49,381 nucleotides of DNA. Source: Cyanobacteriota bacterium. GTDB lineage: Bacteria > Cyanobacteriota > Cyanobacteriia > Cyanobacteriales > Nostocaceae. The stretch's first letter is position 1. Each line of letters begins with the position of its first letter. Below, piece by piece: positions 21,417 to 31,042 of this stretch. The DNA lies in the NCBI GenBank assembly GCA_046045965.1, contig JBJOKS010000032.1:1-49381 (forward strand), in the 5' to 3' direction. The position numbers were made by a program, and so were the translations under genes. Below the pieces are notes generated by a model that was not told the DNA's origin, searched no databases, and saw nothing but the letters and a program-made list of their open reading frames with translations.

Positions 21417-22568
21417 TTGATTACACCAAATAAAATGAGCGCAAAAATTCTCCACATTCAAAGCAAAAATAGAACCCCTGCTAGTTTGATTGCAAGTCTT
21501 CATGATTTTAGTTATGAGTCAGGAGAGACTGTTGATCCAAAAACTATTTTGGAAAATCCTAATATCAGCTTATATTGTTTAGACCATGAAAATAAACAAG
21601 CAATTTTTGTAGAAACACCTTTGGATATAGATATCTATGAACCTCCTTTTCTTTATCTAGCTCAATATGAATATGCTCAAAGGCTAATAGAAGTACCTTA
21701 TGAAGAATTTCATCAACTAGCACAAGAAATCAAAGATTCAATCGGACAGATTATCATGATTTACTCTGTGGGGCGTTGTGGTTCTACTTTGCTGAGTAAA
21801 ATTTTTAATCAATTGGATACTGTTTTAAGTTTATCAGAACCAGATGTTTTTTCTCAAATTGTAGGTATTAGAAAACCTGATGGTAGTAATGATGAGGAAA
21901 TAGAAGCACTGCTCAGAAGTTGTATTTGTCTTTTAGCTAAATCAACTGTAAACAGCAAAGAGTCATTCTGTGCCATTAAGTTACGGAGTTTTGGTATTGA
22001 AGCAGCAGATTTAATATATCGCTCTTTTCCTTCAGCAAAACTAATTTTTATGTACCGTAACGCTGAAGATGTAGTCAAATCCTCCATTCGTGCTTTTGTC
22101 TATTTTAGTAAGATACTGCCAATGATAGGACAAAATGTGGCGGTGTATAGTCAATTTATTCCATTACTCAAGGATTATGCACAATATATAGACTTTACAG
22201 ATTCTAAAGCAATTGATTTTTACACAGTTATGTGGCTCTCTGTAATGCACCGTTACCTATTAATTAATCAATCAGGTATACCTATATCTGCTCTGCGTTA
22301 TGAAGATTTGATAGAAGATCCAAAACAGGTTATAAAATCCATTTTTAATTATTGTGACATACCAGAATCAGAAGTATCTAATGCTTGTGTAGCACTAGAA
22401 AAAGATTCTCAAAGCGGTTCTTTGTTATCTCAAGAAAATACTTCTGAGAATGAGATTAACATACAAAATATTCTAGAAATACAGCAAAAAATTAATGCTT
22501 TATTAGACAAACACCCAAAAATTAAAACAGCAGATTTCATAGTTACTAATACTTTGAAAATCTGCTGA
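21417..22568 (+). CDS. Sulfotransferase-like P-loop protein
   Basis: SVGRCGSTLL (5'-PSB-like), FMYRNAEDVVKS (3'-PB-like) and LRYEDL motifs; start may be ATG at 21435. Confidence 0.75.
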   Translation: MITPNKMSAKILHIQSKNRTPASLIASLHDFSYESGETVDPKTILENPNISLYCLDHENKQAIFVETPLDIDIYEPPFLYLAQYEYAQRLIEVPYEEFHQLAQEIKDSIGQIIMIYSVGRCGSTLLSKIFNQLDTVLSLSEPDVFSQIVGIRKPDGSNDEEIEALLRSCICLLAKSTVNSKESFCAIKLRSFGIEAADLIYRSFPSAKLIFMYRNAEDVVKSSIRAFVYFSKILPMIGQNVAVYSQFIPLLKDYAQYIDFTDSKAIDFYTVMWLSVMHRYLLINQSGIPISALRYEDLIEDPKQVIKSIFNYCDIPESEVSNACVALEKDSQSGSLLSQENTSENEINIQNILEIQQKINALLDKHPKIKTADFIVTNTLKIC

Positions 22569-22583
22569 TCAATCTTGATGTTT

Positions 22584-23855
22584 CTACTTCAAAACAGGCT
22601 TACCAGTAGATACAGCCTGTTCAATAATATCAATCGCTCGCTTTGCTCCTCCCGCTTTTTGAATCGCTGCTTGTAACCTCAAAGCGTTCTTTTTATAAGA
22701 ATCTCCTGTTAACACTTTTGTAATTGCTTTCCGCAAATTATTCACATTAACTTTTTTCACAGGAATAGCTTCCCCACATCCTGACCAAACTATCCGAGAA
22801 GCTACACCTGGTTGATCATTAGCAATAGGAATTGCAACCATTGGTACACCATTGTTTAAACATTCCAATGTGGTATTCATCCCTGCATGGGTAATGGTTA
22901 AATCAGCTTTTTCTAATAGTTGTAATTGGGGTGCATAACGCACTACTAAAGGATTTCCTGGTAGTCCTTGGAGAACTTCAGGATCAGCCGAACCACCTAA
23001 AGAAATTACTAATTGTGCATCCAAATCTTTACAAGCTTCAGCAATAGCTTGGAAAACATTTAATAAGCGATTTTGAATAGTTCCCATTGAAACGTAAATT
23101 AAAGGTTGTCCTGTTAATTTATCAAAGGGAAAATTTGGAACTTCCCGACCTGTGGAATTATGATAGGGTCCTGTGAAGTGAAACCACTGGGGTAAATTTT
23201 GGCGAGGAAATTCTAATTCGGCAGGTTGTTGACTTATTTGCGCTAGTCGGGAATAACGATCATTAGCATTAGAGTATGCAGGTAAATTGTTTTCTTGACG
23301 ATAATTATCTATTAATTCCGTAATCGGTTTAGTTGCTTTATTTAATAATCTAAAACCTAATTTATTCCGCAGTTTTGCCCACCAAGCTGGACTATAATAC
23401 CAATTTGTCATGAAGGGGGGAACACTTGGTTCTCGATTTAAAACTACTGCACTGCAAATAGTAATAAAAGGAAGTCCAGAAGCATCGCCAATAGTACCAC
23501 CTTCTGGCATAGCTTGATCTATTAAAAGTGCTTCTATACCTGCATTTTTGATTGCTGTTGGAGTATGTTTGAGGTTAACTTCGGTAATTTCTTTGAATAA
23601 CTTAATTGTATATTTAAAGGCTTCTTGTCCACTTAATTCACCTAATTTAGCAATAGATTCTGCTGCTGATCCAGGGGGATATTCAGATTCACCAATGACT
23701 TGAAATTCCAAACCAGCTGCTTGTGCTTTGGGTTGAGCATCAGGAACACCGACAAGGGTTACACGATGACCTCGCTGTTGTAATTCTTTACCCAAGGGTA
23801 ACATTGTGTTCCAGTGACCGGTAGATGCTGGACACATTAAGCCGTAATGAGTCAT
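22584..23855 (-). CDS. GT1 / MGT-family UDP-glycosyltransferase
   Basis: TGHWN..LG.ELQQRGH and APQLQLL...THAGMNT..E..GVPMV..P..NDQ motifs. Confidence 0.93.
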   Translation of the reverse strand: MTHYGLMCPASTGHWNTMLPLGKELQQRGHRVTLVGVPDAQPKAQAAGLEFQVIGESEYPPGSAAESIAKLGELSGQEAFKYTIKLFKEITEVNLKHTPTAIKNAGIEALLIDQAMPEGGTIGDASGLPFITICSAVVLNREPSVPPFMTNWYYSPAWWAKLRNKLGFRLLNKATKPITELIDNYRQENNLPAYSNANDRYSRLAQISQQPAELEFPRQNLPQWFHFTGPYHNSTGREVPNFPFDKLTGQPLIYVSMGTIQNRLLNVFQAIAEACKDLDAQLVISLGGSADPEVLQGLPGNPLVVRYAPQLQLLEKADLTITHAGMNTTLECLNNGVPMVAIPIANDQPGVASRIVWSGCGEAIPVKKVNVNNLRKAITKVLTGDSYKKNALRLQAAIQKAGGAKRAIDIIEQAVSTGKPVLK

Positions 23856-23990
23856 ATTCCGTTTTTCTGGTTAATTACAAATATCATGTAACTTTATACC
23901 AGAAAACGTACACTTATGGGAATAGTAAAGCGAAAATTAAGCGATCGCTCTTTTGTTTCCTATGTTTCCCAGCGATCGCAATCATTCATC

Positions 23991-24791
23991 CTACTGTAAT
24001 TTCAAAAACTTATCCAACGCTGCTACCAAACTAGGAGGCCAACGCCGAATATTTGTTACCCAATTCATATCTTTATAACGGGTATCAAGTCCGTAAGCTG
24101 CTACCCAGTTGCTTTCAGCTTCTCCTTTGTTACCTCCTACCCAATAAGCAGCGGTTAAAGCAGCACGCACATCAGCAAATTTCGGATATTTGCGGACTAT
24201 ATTCCGCATTTCTTGAATCGCTTTTTCTGTTTTACCAGTTTCATACAAAGCTAGGGCATAATTAGCACGAGCGAAAGCGAAATTGGGAGCAATTTCTGTG
24301 GCTTTTTGATAATCTGCGATCGCTTCTTCCCATTTTCCTAAACCTGCTTCTGCATTACCCCGGTTATTATATGCCATCGCATCATTAGGATCTAATTCCA
24401 AAACATGATTATAGTCGGCGATCGCCTCTTCCCATTTTCCCAAACCTTCTAACGCTGTTCCCCGATTTAAATAAGGATCAGTGACATGAGGTGCTAATTC
24501 TACAGCTTTGTTATAATCTGTCAATGCTGCTTGCAAATTATTCTGACTGACGCGAGAATTACCGCGATTACTCCAAGCACCTGCATTAGTGGGAAACTTT
24601 TCAATAATCTGGGTCCAATAACGTTCAGCAGCGACAAAATCACCTTTATTTGTAGCTGCAAAGGCTTTATTTGCTAACTCATCCCCTAATTGTAACTCTT
24701 CGGCGGTAATAGTTTGGGTTTGTGCGATCGCTGGTGTACAAAAACCAAAGGTCAGTAATAAACTCAGGAAAATACAGATTATTTTAATCAT
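23991..24791 (-). CDS. Exported tetratricopeptide-repeat protein
   Basis: Signal peptide plus repeated AxxNRG...A..DY..A.EL.P TPR units. Confidence 0.92.
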   Translation of the reverse strand: MIKIICIFLSLLLTFGFCTPAIAQTQTITAEELQLGDELANKAFAATNKGDFVAAERYWTQIIEKFPTNAGAWSNRGNSRVSQNNLQAALTDYNKAVELAPHVTDPYLNRGTALEGLGKWEEAIADYNHVLELDPNDAMAYNNRGNAEAGLGKWEEAIADYQKATEIAPNFAFARANYALALYETGKTEKAIQEMRNIVRKYPKFADVRAALTAAYWVGGNKGEAESNWVAAYGLDTRYKDMNWVTNIRRWPPSLVAALDKFLKLQ

Positions 24792-24901
24792 TTATCTCTC
24801 TGTTATGTGCAACAGAATTAATCATATAGCAGAGCATAGCTATCAGGGAAGATTTTTCCAGTTATTATAAAATAATCAATAGTAATTTATGGTACATAAT
24901 T

Positions 24902-25052
24902 ATGGTACAAGCAACCACAAATCAAAAACTGACTTTAACAGAATTTCTCAAACTCTCCACACAAGATGTAAACTATGAATTTGTTGATGATTATGCAGTA
25001 CCCAAGGTGTCACCTAAATATTTTCACTCAACTTTACAAAAAACCCTTTTAA
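24902..25052 (+). pseudogene. Uma2-family endonuclease, 5' fragment interrupted by an IS element
   Basis: LTLTEFL...YEFVD...P..SP..FHS Uma2 N-terminus ends at the TTTAA/IS left-end junction. Confidence 0.85.
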
Positions 25053-25947
25053 CAAAAAAATCCGCGAAATTCCCCATCCCTCTATAGGGTGGGAATGGAT
25101 AGCGGGGTAAAAACGAAATTACCTTGAGTCGAAACTAACCACAGGTTAGTCGAACCCAGGGTGATTGAGTTTTTACCAAATACCAATATACTGATGATAG
25201 AGTGACTATAATCAGAATACATCAAAACCAAGGAGGTGATAAGTAGTGGCATTGCGTAGAGCAACATTTAAGTTATATCCAACCAGAAAAAAAAATGAAA
25301 TATTGCACTATCACCGCAGACTCCATAAGGATCTGTATAATGCTGCTGTTTATCACCGGAAAACCGAATATCAAAAGTTTGGTAAATCAGTTAAATATCT
25401 AGACCAACAAAATTGTTTACCAGAGTTCAAGGAGCAGTGGACAGAATATAAAAATATAAATTCCCAAGCATTACAAGCAACACTAAAACGAGTTGACTTT
25501 GCATTCAACCGATTTTTTACTGGTTTGGCAAAATACCCCAGATTTAAATCAATTAGACATTATTCTGGTTGGACTTACCCATCTGGTACAGGATGGAAAG
25601 TACATTCTATTGGCGATAACGGTTATTTGGAATTAGCAAAAATTGGTCAAATTCAAATGCGTGGCAAAGCTAGGTTGTGGGGAACTCCTAAAACCTGTGA
25701 TATTATTTACAGAAATTGTAAATGGTATGCCTCTATTGCTTTAGAAGTTGATGATAAACTACTTAAAAATAATCGTCAAACCAATACTCGGACAATAGCA
25801 ATTGATTTAGGATGTAAAGATGTAATTGCTTGGACTGATGGTGATAAACATGGACTAATTGAAGCACCAAGATTTTTGAGAAAAGCAGAACAGCAAATCA
25901 AAAAAATCAGTAAATCAAAACGTCGTAAACAATCACCTAATTACAGA
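25053..25947 (+). mobile_element. 3'-truncated IS200/IS605-family (IS1341-type, tnpB only) element
   Basis: Left-end hairpin 25069-25096 with an AAAT guide at its base, inserted 3' of TTTAA; second stem 25117-25166; no tnpA and no right end. Confidence 0.85.
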
Positions 25948-25953
25948 TCATGA
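25246..25953 (+). pseudogene. tnpB: Truncated RNA-guided endonuclease TnpB
   Basis: FKLYP, LYNAA, YPRFK and RuvC-I IAIDLG present; RuvC-II/III and Zn finger absent; AGGAGGTGA SD and TATAAT at 25207-25212. Confidence 0.9.
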
Positions 25954-26134
25954 TTATTTTGCAGCGGGAGTTTTCCGTGTTTGGGTAATAGAACCAGAAG
26001 CCATGTCTATGATGGTATTTTTCTCTGCTAATCAAAGTCAAGTTTATACTGATGATATGTTAATTATTGATGATTTATTACCAGGATTTGAATTAACAGT
26101 TAAACAGTTATTTACAGAAGCTGAATTAATTTAA
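25949..26134 (+). pseudogene. Uma2-family endonuclease, 3' fragment
   Basis: Translates HDYFAAGVFRVWVIEP...DDLLPGFELTVKQLF, a typical Uma2 C-terminus. Confidence 0.85.
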
Positions 26135-26317
26135 TCAAATTCAATTTAATGTATTTTATTAATTTATTCCTATCTCCTGATATCCAAGCATAATAATGTA
26201 CTTTAATGAAAATTTGTAAAATTTTATTGCTTGATTCCCAACTTTTTCATAAGGATATTTTTTCTGACTCTAAAATATAAAGAATATAGTGAATAGATTT
26301 TCAGAAATTTATCAACA

Positions 26318-27097
26318 ATGGAAAGTATAACCGCTCTGATAGTTGGTTTCTTCATATTTTTAACAGCAGCAGGGTTAAGATTAGACCGAGAATATGAGCG
26401 TGGTGTCATCTTTCGCTTAGGGAGAATTAGCGGGGTTCGTGGACCTGGTTTATATTGGGTTATCCCTGTAATTGATCAAAAAACTCAAGTTGATATTCGC
26501 ACCAAAACAGTAGACATTGAACCCCAAGAAACTGTAACCGCCGATAGTGTGACAATTCGCGTTAATGCTGTGCTTTATTATCGCATTTTGAACCCAACAT
26601 TAGCAATTAACAAAGTTGAAAATTATCAACTTGCAGTTTATCAAACAGCATTAACAACTTTAAGAAATGTTGTAGGTCAAAACATCCTAGATGATGTGTT
26701 ACAAAATCGGGATAAAATCAATGATAAAGTGCAAGAAATTGTAGATGAAATCACCGAACCTTGGGGAATTGTCATTGAACGGGTAGAAATGAAAGATGTA
26801 GAAATTCCTCAATCTATGCAACGAGCAATGGCCAAAGAAGCGGAAGCGGTGAGAGAAAAACGCGCTCGAATTATTAAAGCCGCCGCCGAACAAGAAGCAT
26901 CTATTAAATTAGCAGAAGCATCCCAATTAATTGCCCAAACTCCCGCAGCTTTAGAATTACGTCGTTTACAAATGCTCACAGAAATAGGTGCAGAAAATAA
27001 TACTACAACATTATTAATGTTGCCTTCAGATTTTATTATGTTAGCTAAAAATTTATCAGAAGCAATTCAAAAACAAGGACAGAAAAGCGAGGATTAA
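26318..27097 (+). CDS. SPFH / stomatin-like (slipin) protein
   Basis: EYERGVIFRLGR, GPGL, TTLRNVVG and AMAKEAEA.REKRA motifs. Confidence 0.95.
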   Translation: MESITALIVGFFIFLTAAGLRLDREYERGVIFRLGRISGVRGPGLYWVIPVIDQKTQVDIRTKTVDIEPQETVTADSVTIRVNAVLYYRILNPTLAINKVENYQLAVYQTALTTLRNVVGQNILDDVLQNRDKINDKVQEIVDEITEPWGIVIERVEMKDVEIPQSMQRAMAKEAEAVREKRARIIKAAAEQEASIKLAEASQLIAQTPAALELRRLQMLTEIGAENNTTTLLMLPSDFIMLAKNLSEAIQKQGQKSED

Positions 27098-27137
27098 ATT
27101 AGAAAAATTACCTCTTGACTATAGATCCCCCCTTACC

Positions 27138-27273
27138 CAATACTGTTCGGTTAAGAGTTTTCGTAGGTTGGGTTGAACAAAGTGAAACCCAACAAACCCT
27201 TGTCAATGTCGGGTTTCCTATCGTCAACCCAACCTACATAATTATATATTTTGGGCTTAACCGAAAAGTATTG
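27138..27273. mobile_element. 136-bp Nezha-like MITE with 10-bp target-site duplication
   Basis: 18-bp TIRs CAATACTGTTCGGTTAAG / CTTAACCGAAAAGTATTG (17/18); CCCCCTTACC duplicated at 27128-27137 and 27274-27283. Confidence 0.9.
27163..27237. repeat. GTAG-family REP doublet (REPIN-like) inside the MITE
   Basis: GTAGGTTGGGTTGA / TCAACCCAACCTAC perfect 14-bp inverted ends with inner GAAACCCAAC / GTCGGGTTTC. Confidence 0.8.
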
Positions 27274-27393
27274 CCCCCTTACCCCCCTTTTAAGGGATAA
27301 TAAATCAATCAAAGTCCCCCTTTTTAAGGGGAATTTAGGGGGATCTGCAAGTGTTCCATACAACTTGAAAAAGTTTTCAGAAATCCTCTAAAA

Positions 27394-27852
27394 TTAACCT
27401 TCCCAGTCTTGAGCAGTATCACACAGGAAATTTTCAGTAATAATATCATCAAACATATATGGACAAGTTACAGGAAAAGTTCTTAATGGTAAATTAGTTT
27501 CCCTCAAAGCTAAATCAACCCCTGCTTCAAAAGCATCTAACATTGCTTCTTCTAAACGAGATTTTAAACTAGGGTTTTGTCGCAAATGTCTGTGAATAGC
27601 GCGACGTTGTTCTCTAATTGTTAAAAACCAACTCCGAGAACGATTTTCTACTTGATATTCCCATTTTAATAAATGACCAATTAATACACCCAAACGACTT
27701 ACTAATTCTCGGTATTCATGTCTTCCCAAAGCGAGAATTTCTTCTTGTAAATGTTGCCAGTCTAAGTCTAAAACTAACTTGTTTTCTAAAGCGTTAGCTT
27801 GTTGTTGTGTCCAACCATAAAAGTCTTGCTCATACAAGGAAAATTGATCCAT
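27394..27852 (-). CDS. DUF29 family protein
   Basis: LYEQDFYGW, LDW..L.EEI..LG, HLLKWEYQ, SW..TI.EQR and NPSLK motifs. Confidence 0.93.
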   Translation of the reverse strand: MDQFSLYEQDFYGWTQQQANALENKLVLDLDWQHLQEEILALGRHEYRELVSRLGVLIGHLLKWEYQVENRSRSWFLTIREQRRAIHRHLRQNPSLKSRLEEAMLDAFEAGVDLALRETNLPLRTFPVTCPYMFDDIITENFLCDTAQDWEG

Positions 27853-27875
27853 AAGCTGATCATTTAATTTACAGT

Positions 27876-28008
27876 AGGAGTCAGGAGTCAGGAGTCAGGA
27901 GGCAGGAGGCAGGAGGCAGGAGGCAGGAGGCAAAAGTTAATATTCTCCCCTTGCTTCCCCTGCTTCCCCTGTTTCCCCTGCTTCCCCTGCTTTCTTCACT
28001 GTCACCTG
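27876..28008. repeat. Composite STRR element downstream of ruvB
   Basis: (AGGAGTC)3(AGGAGGC)5 AAAAGTTAATATTCTCCCC then TGCTTCCCC units. Confidence 0.85.
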
Positions 28009-29109
28009 CTATAACAATGATAACTGTTCATTTGGTGGTTTAAAACCCATGTGTTGATATGCAGTTTTTGTTGCTATTCTACCCCTTGGTGTACGGCTTA
28101 AATAACCAATTTGCATTAAATAAGGTTCATAAACTTCTTCAATGGTTTGGGTATCTTCCCCGGTCGCTGCGGCTAAAGTTTCTATCCCTACCGGACCACC
28201 ATTAAAGTTTTCAATGATTACACTTAGCATTTTTCTATCTGTCCAATCTAAACCGCAAGGATCTACTTGGAATAGTTGTAATGCTTCTGCTGCAATAGGT
28301 TGATCAATTTCTGTAAATGATTTAACTTCCGCATAATCACGTACTCTTTTGAGTAATCTATTAGCTATTCTAGGTGTTCCTCGTGAACGTTTAGCGATTT
28401 CTGTAGCGCCGTCAGAATTAACTGGAGTTTGTAATAATTCAGCAGTGCGGAGGACAATTTTACTGAGTTCGTCAACTTCATAAAATCGCAGTTTTTGAAT
28501 TAAACCAAAGCGATCGCGCAAAGGAGAAGTTAAAGCCCCGACACGAGTTGTCGCTCCCACCAAAGTAAACTTAACCAAAGGTATACTTCTGATTCTGGCA
28601 CTCGAACCTTTACCGACAGTAATATCTAGGCGATAATCTTCCATCGCTGGATACAAAATTTCTTCCGTCATCCGCGAAAGCCGATGAATTTCATCAATAA
28701 ACAACACATCACCAGGCTTGAGATTCACCAGTATACCGACAATATCCCTTGGTCGTTCCAAAGCAGGTGCGCTGGTAATTTTATAATTTACCCCCATTTC
28801 TGAGGCTAAAATCATCGCCATTGTGGTTTTACCCAACCCAGGGGGACCATACAGCAGCAAGTGATCCATCACTTCACCCCTAGACTTAGCTGCTTTAATG
28901 GCAATATCTAATACATCCTTTAAATCTTTCTGCCCGATGTAATCAGCAAAACGTTGGGGTCTAAGACTTTCTTCCTGCTTACCTTCTTCATCAATAGCTG
29001 CTTCAGGTTGCAGTATTTTTTCCTCGGAAGGCGCTGTGTTCGACTCCCGGCGCTGTTTTGGTTGTCCGTTGGGTTCTGGAGGCTGTTTTTTTGAGGAGAT
29101 TATGGCCAT
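28009..29109 (-). CDS. ruvB: Holliday junction branch-migration helicase RuvB
   Basis: [31 protein letters not shown] and TPRGR motifs. Confidence 0.99.
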   Translation of the reverse strand: MAIISSKKQPPEPNGQPKQRRESNTAPSEEKILQPEAAIDEEGKQEESLRPQRFADYIGQKDLKDVLDIAIKAAKSRGEVMDHLLLYGPPGLGKTTMAMILASEMGVNYKITSAPALERPRDIVGILVNLKPGDVLFIDEIHRLSRMTEEILYPAMEDYRLDITVGKGSSARIRSIPLVKFTLVGATTRVGALTSPLRDRFGLIQKLRFYEVDELSKIVLRTAELLQTPVNSDGATEIAKRSRGTPRIANRLLKRVRDYAEVKSFTEIDQPIAAEALQLFQVDPCGLDWTDRKMLSVIIENFNGGPVGIETLAAATGEDTQTIEEVYEPYLMQIGYLSRTPRGRIATKTAYQHMGFKPPNEQLSLL

Positions 29110-29128
29110 AATTCAGCTATCTTAACTT

Positions 29129-29246
29129 AGGGACTGGGGACTGGGTATTGGGGGTTGGGGACTGGGGACTCTTAAGAAAGCAGGGGACGCAGGGGGAGAA
29201 TATTAACTTTTGCCTCCTGCCTCCTGACTCCTGACTCCTGACTCCT
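29129..29246. repeat. GGGGACT STRRs plus inverted copy of the composite element upstream of ruvB
   Basis: Reverse complement of 29178-29246 closely matches 27876-27965. Confidence 0.85.
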
Positions 29247-29314
29247 GTCAACTAATTTCCCAATTGCCTTTACAATTTAAATTCCGAACAATTACCAAAA
29301 ATAGAGAAATCACT

Positions 29315-30088
29315 ATGTTATCTAAAAGAATTTTACCTTGTTTAGATGTCAAGGCGGGACGAGTTGTCAAAGGAATTAACTTTGTAGACCTCAAGGATGC
29401 GGGTGATCCAGTAGAACTGGCCAAGGTTTATAACGAAGCCGGTGCTGATGAGTTAGTGTTTCTGGATATTACAGCCACTCATGAAGACCGGGACACGATT
29501 ATTGATGTGGTTTACCGGACTGCTGAACAGGTCTTCATTCCGCTGACTGTGGGGGGAGGAATTCAAACCTTAGAAAATGTTAAAGGTTTGTTACGAGCCG
29601 GCGCTGACAAGGTTAGTATTAATTCTGCGGCCGTCCGCAACCCAAATTTGATCAATGAAGCAAGCGATCGCTTTGGAAATCAGTGCATAGTTGTTGCTAT
29701 TGATGCCCGCAGACGAGTTGACCCCAATAACCCTGGGTGGGATGTTTACGTCCGTGGTGGCAGGGAAAATACTGGTAAAGATGTCTTGCAGTGGGCGCAA
29801 GAAGTAGAAAAAAGGGGTGCTGGTGAATTGTTAGTTACAAGTATGGATGCAGATGGTACTCAAGCCGGATATGACCTAGAGTTGACGCGAGCGATCGCTC
29901 AATCTGTACAAGTTCCCGTTATTGCCTCCGGTGGTGCAGGAAATTGTGAACATATCCACGACGCTTTAACAGAAGGTCAAGCCGAAGCTGCTTTATTAGC
30001 ATCTCTGTTACATTATGGACAATTAAGCGTGGCACAAATTAAAAATTATTTGCAGGAAAGATCAGTTCCAGTCCGTCTCCCTTATTGA
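29315..30088 (+). CDS. hisF: Imidazole glycerol phosphate synthase subunit HisF
   Basis: [24 protein letters not shown] and TSMDADGT motifs; start revised to ATG 29315. Confidence 0.98.
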   Translation: MLSKRILPCLDVKAGRVVKGINFVDLKDAGDPVELAKVYNEAGADELVFLDITATHEDRDTIIDVVYRTAEQVFIPLTVGGGIQTLENVKGLLRAGADKVSINSAAVRNPNLINEASDRFGNQCIVVAIDARRRVDPNNPGWDVYVRGGRENTGKDVLQWAQEVEKRGAGELLVTSMDADGTQAGYDLELTRAIAQSVQVPVIASGGAGNCEHIHDALTEGQAEAALLASLLHYGQLSVAQIKNYLQERSVPVRLPY

Positions 30089-30190
30089 TCCTAGCCCCAG
30101 CAATCATGTACATCTCTCTCAGGTTAGACACAGTTACCCAAAACAATGTTAATATTAGTTTACTAGTATGAAGAAATATTAAGAAAAAAT

Positions 30191-30382
30191 ATGTTGATCC
30201 CTATTTTACTTTTTGATGTGGCGCTAGTAGCCTGGTCGCTGCACCTGATGGAGAAAGCCTACGAGAATAAAGAATTTTCCCTGATGTTGGCAGGTACATT
30301 GGTTGCTCTAGCAGCAGCGGCGATGTTGGTAGTCTACTTCTTAATGGGACACTGCATGACCTATTTATTACAAGTGTCTTAA
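30191..30382 (+). CDS. Small two-TM membrane protein
   Basis: 63-aa ORF with two hydrophobic helices in intergenic space. Confidence 0.7.
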   Translation: MLIPILLFDVALVAWSLHLMEKAYENKEFSLMLAGTLVALAAAAMLVVYFLMGHCMTYLLQVS

Positions 30383-30384
30383 AT

Positions 30385-30473
<89 letters not shown>

Positions 30474-30857
30474 TTAAACTGGCAAAGGTGCTAAACCATG
30501 CAACTGACGCACAGAACTGATGCAAGCTGGACAATCACAGCCAAATAACTTGATCGCCTCATCACTTTCCGCTTCCGTAAATACCAGTTCATCTGGCTGA
30601 TTTTGTTCTTGAATTTGCTCAGGTTGAACTTGTGCTATTTGCATCGCAGGTTTAGCGGTCGTGGACGTAGCGTTATCGACCTGTATACATATCTGGCGTA
30701 TACTTGCTGAGTGTGGAGAACGGACACAAGAAAGATGAGTTCTCATAGGGGTGACAGTTTGACCAGCGTGAGCAGGTCTAGCCATCATGACTGTAGATAG
30801 CATGGACATAAACACAACGGGGCTAGAAAGCAAGGCCAAGATAAATTTTCTGTTCAT
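30474..30857 (-). CDS. Exported small protein with C-terminal GCDCPAC motif
   Basis: Signal-peptide-like N-terminus (PAHA); five Cys. Confidence 0.75.
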   Translation of the reverse strand: MNRKFILALLSSPVVFMSMLSTVMMARPAHAGQTVTPMRTHLSCVRSPHSASIRQICIQVDNATSTTAKPAMQIAQVQPEQIQEQNQPDELVFTEAESDEAIKLFGCDCPACISSVRQLHGLAPLPV

Positions 30858-31042
30858 CTGCTTTAAATAACTTTGTCAATAGGGAACCCAAGCAATTCAC
30901 TTTTTCCGATCACTTGGTTGTGAATCAATCCATCTTATACAATTTTGCTAAAAATATCGTAGTTGTTCAATAGAAACGATAGAATTTTTCTATAGTTGTT
31001 TCTGGGGAGTAAAGAAAAGAAAAATCTTCTCAGTAGAATTAC

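Larger units (their letters stand above)
27123..27346. repeat. Small dispersed palindromic repeat (AGATCCCCCC...GGGGGATCT) split by a MITE
   Basis: Outer inverted ends AGATCCCCC / GGGGGATCT; internal CCCCCTTTTTAAGGGG hairpin shared with 9863-9894. Confidence 0.75.

Noticed and set aside
27115..27363. Two short opposite-strand ORFs (61 and 70 aa)
   Set aside because: They are entirely made of the nested MITE/REP/palindrome sequence.
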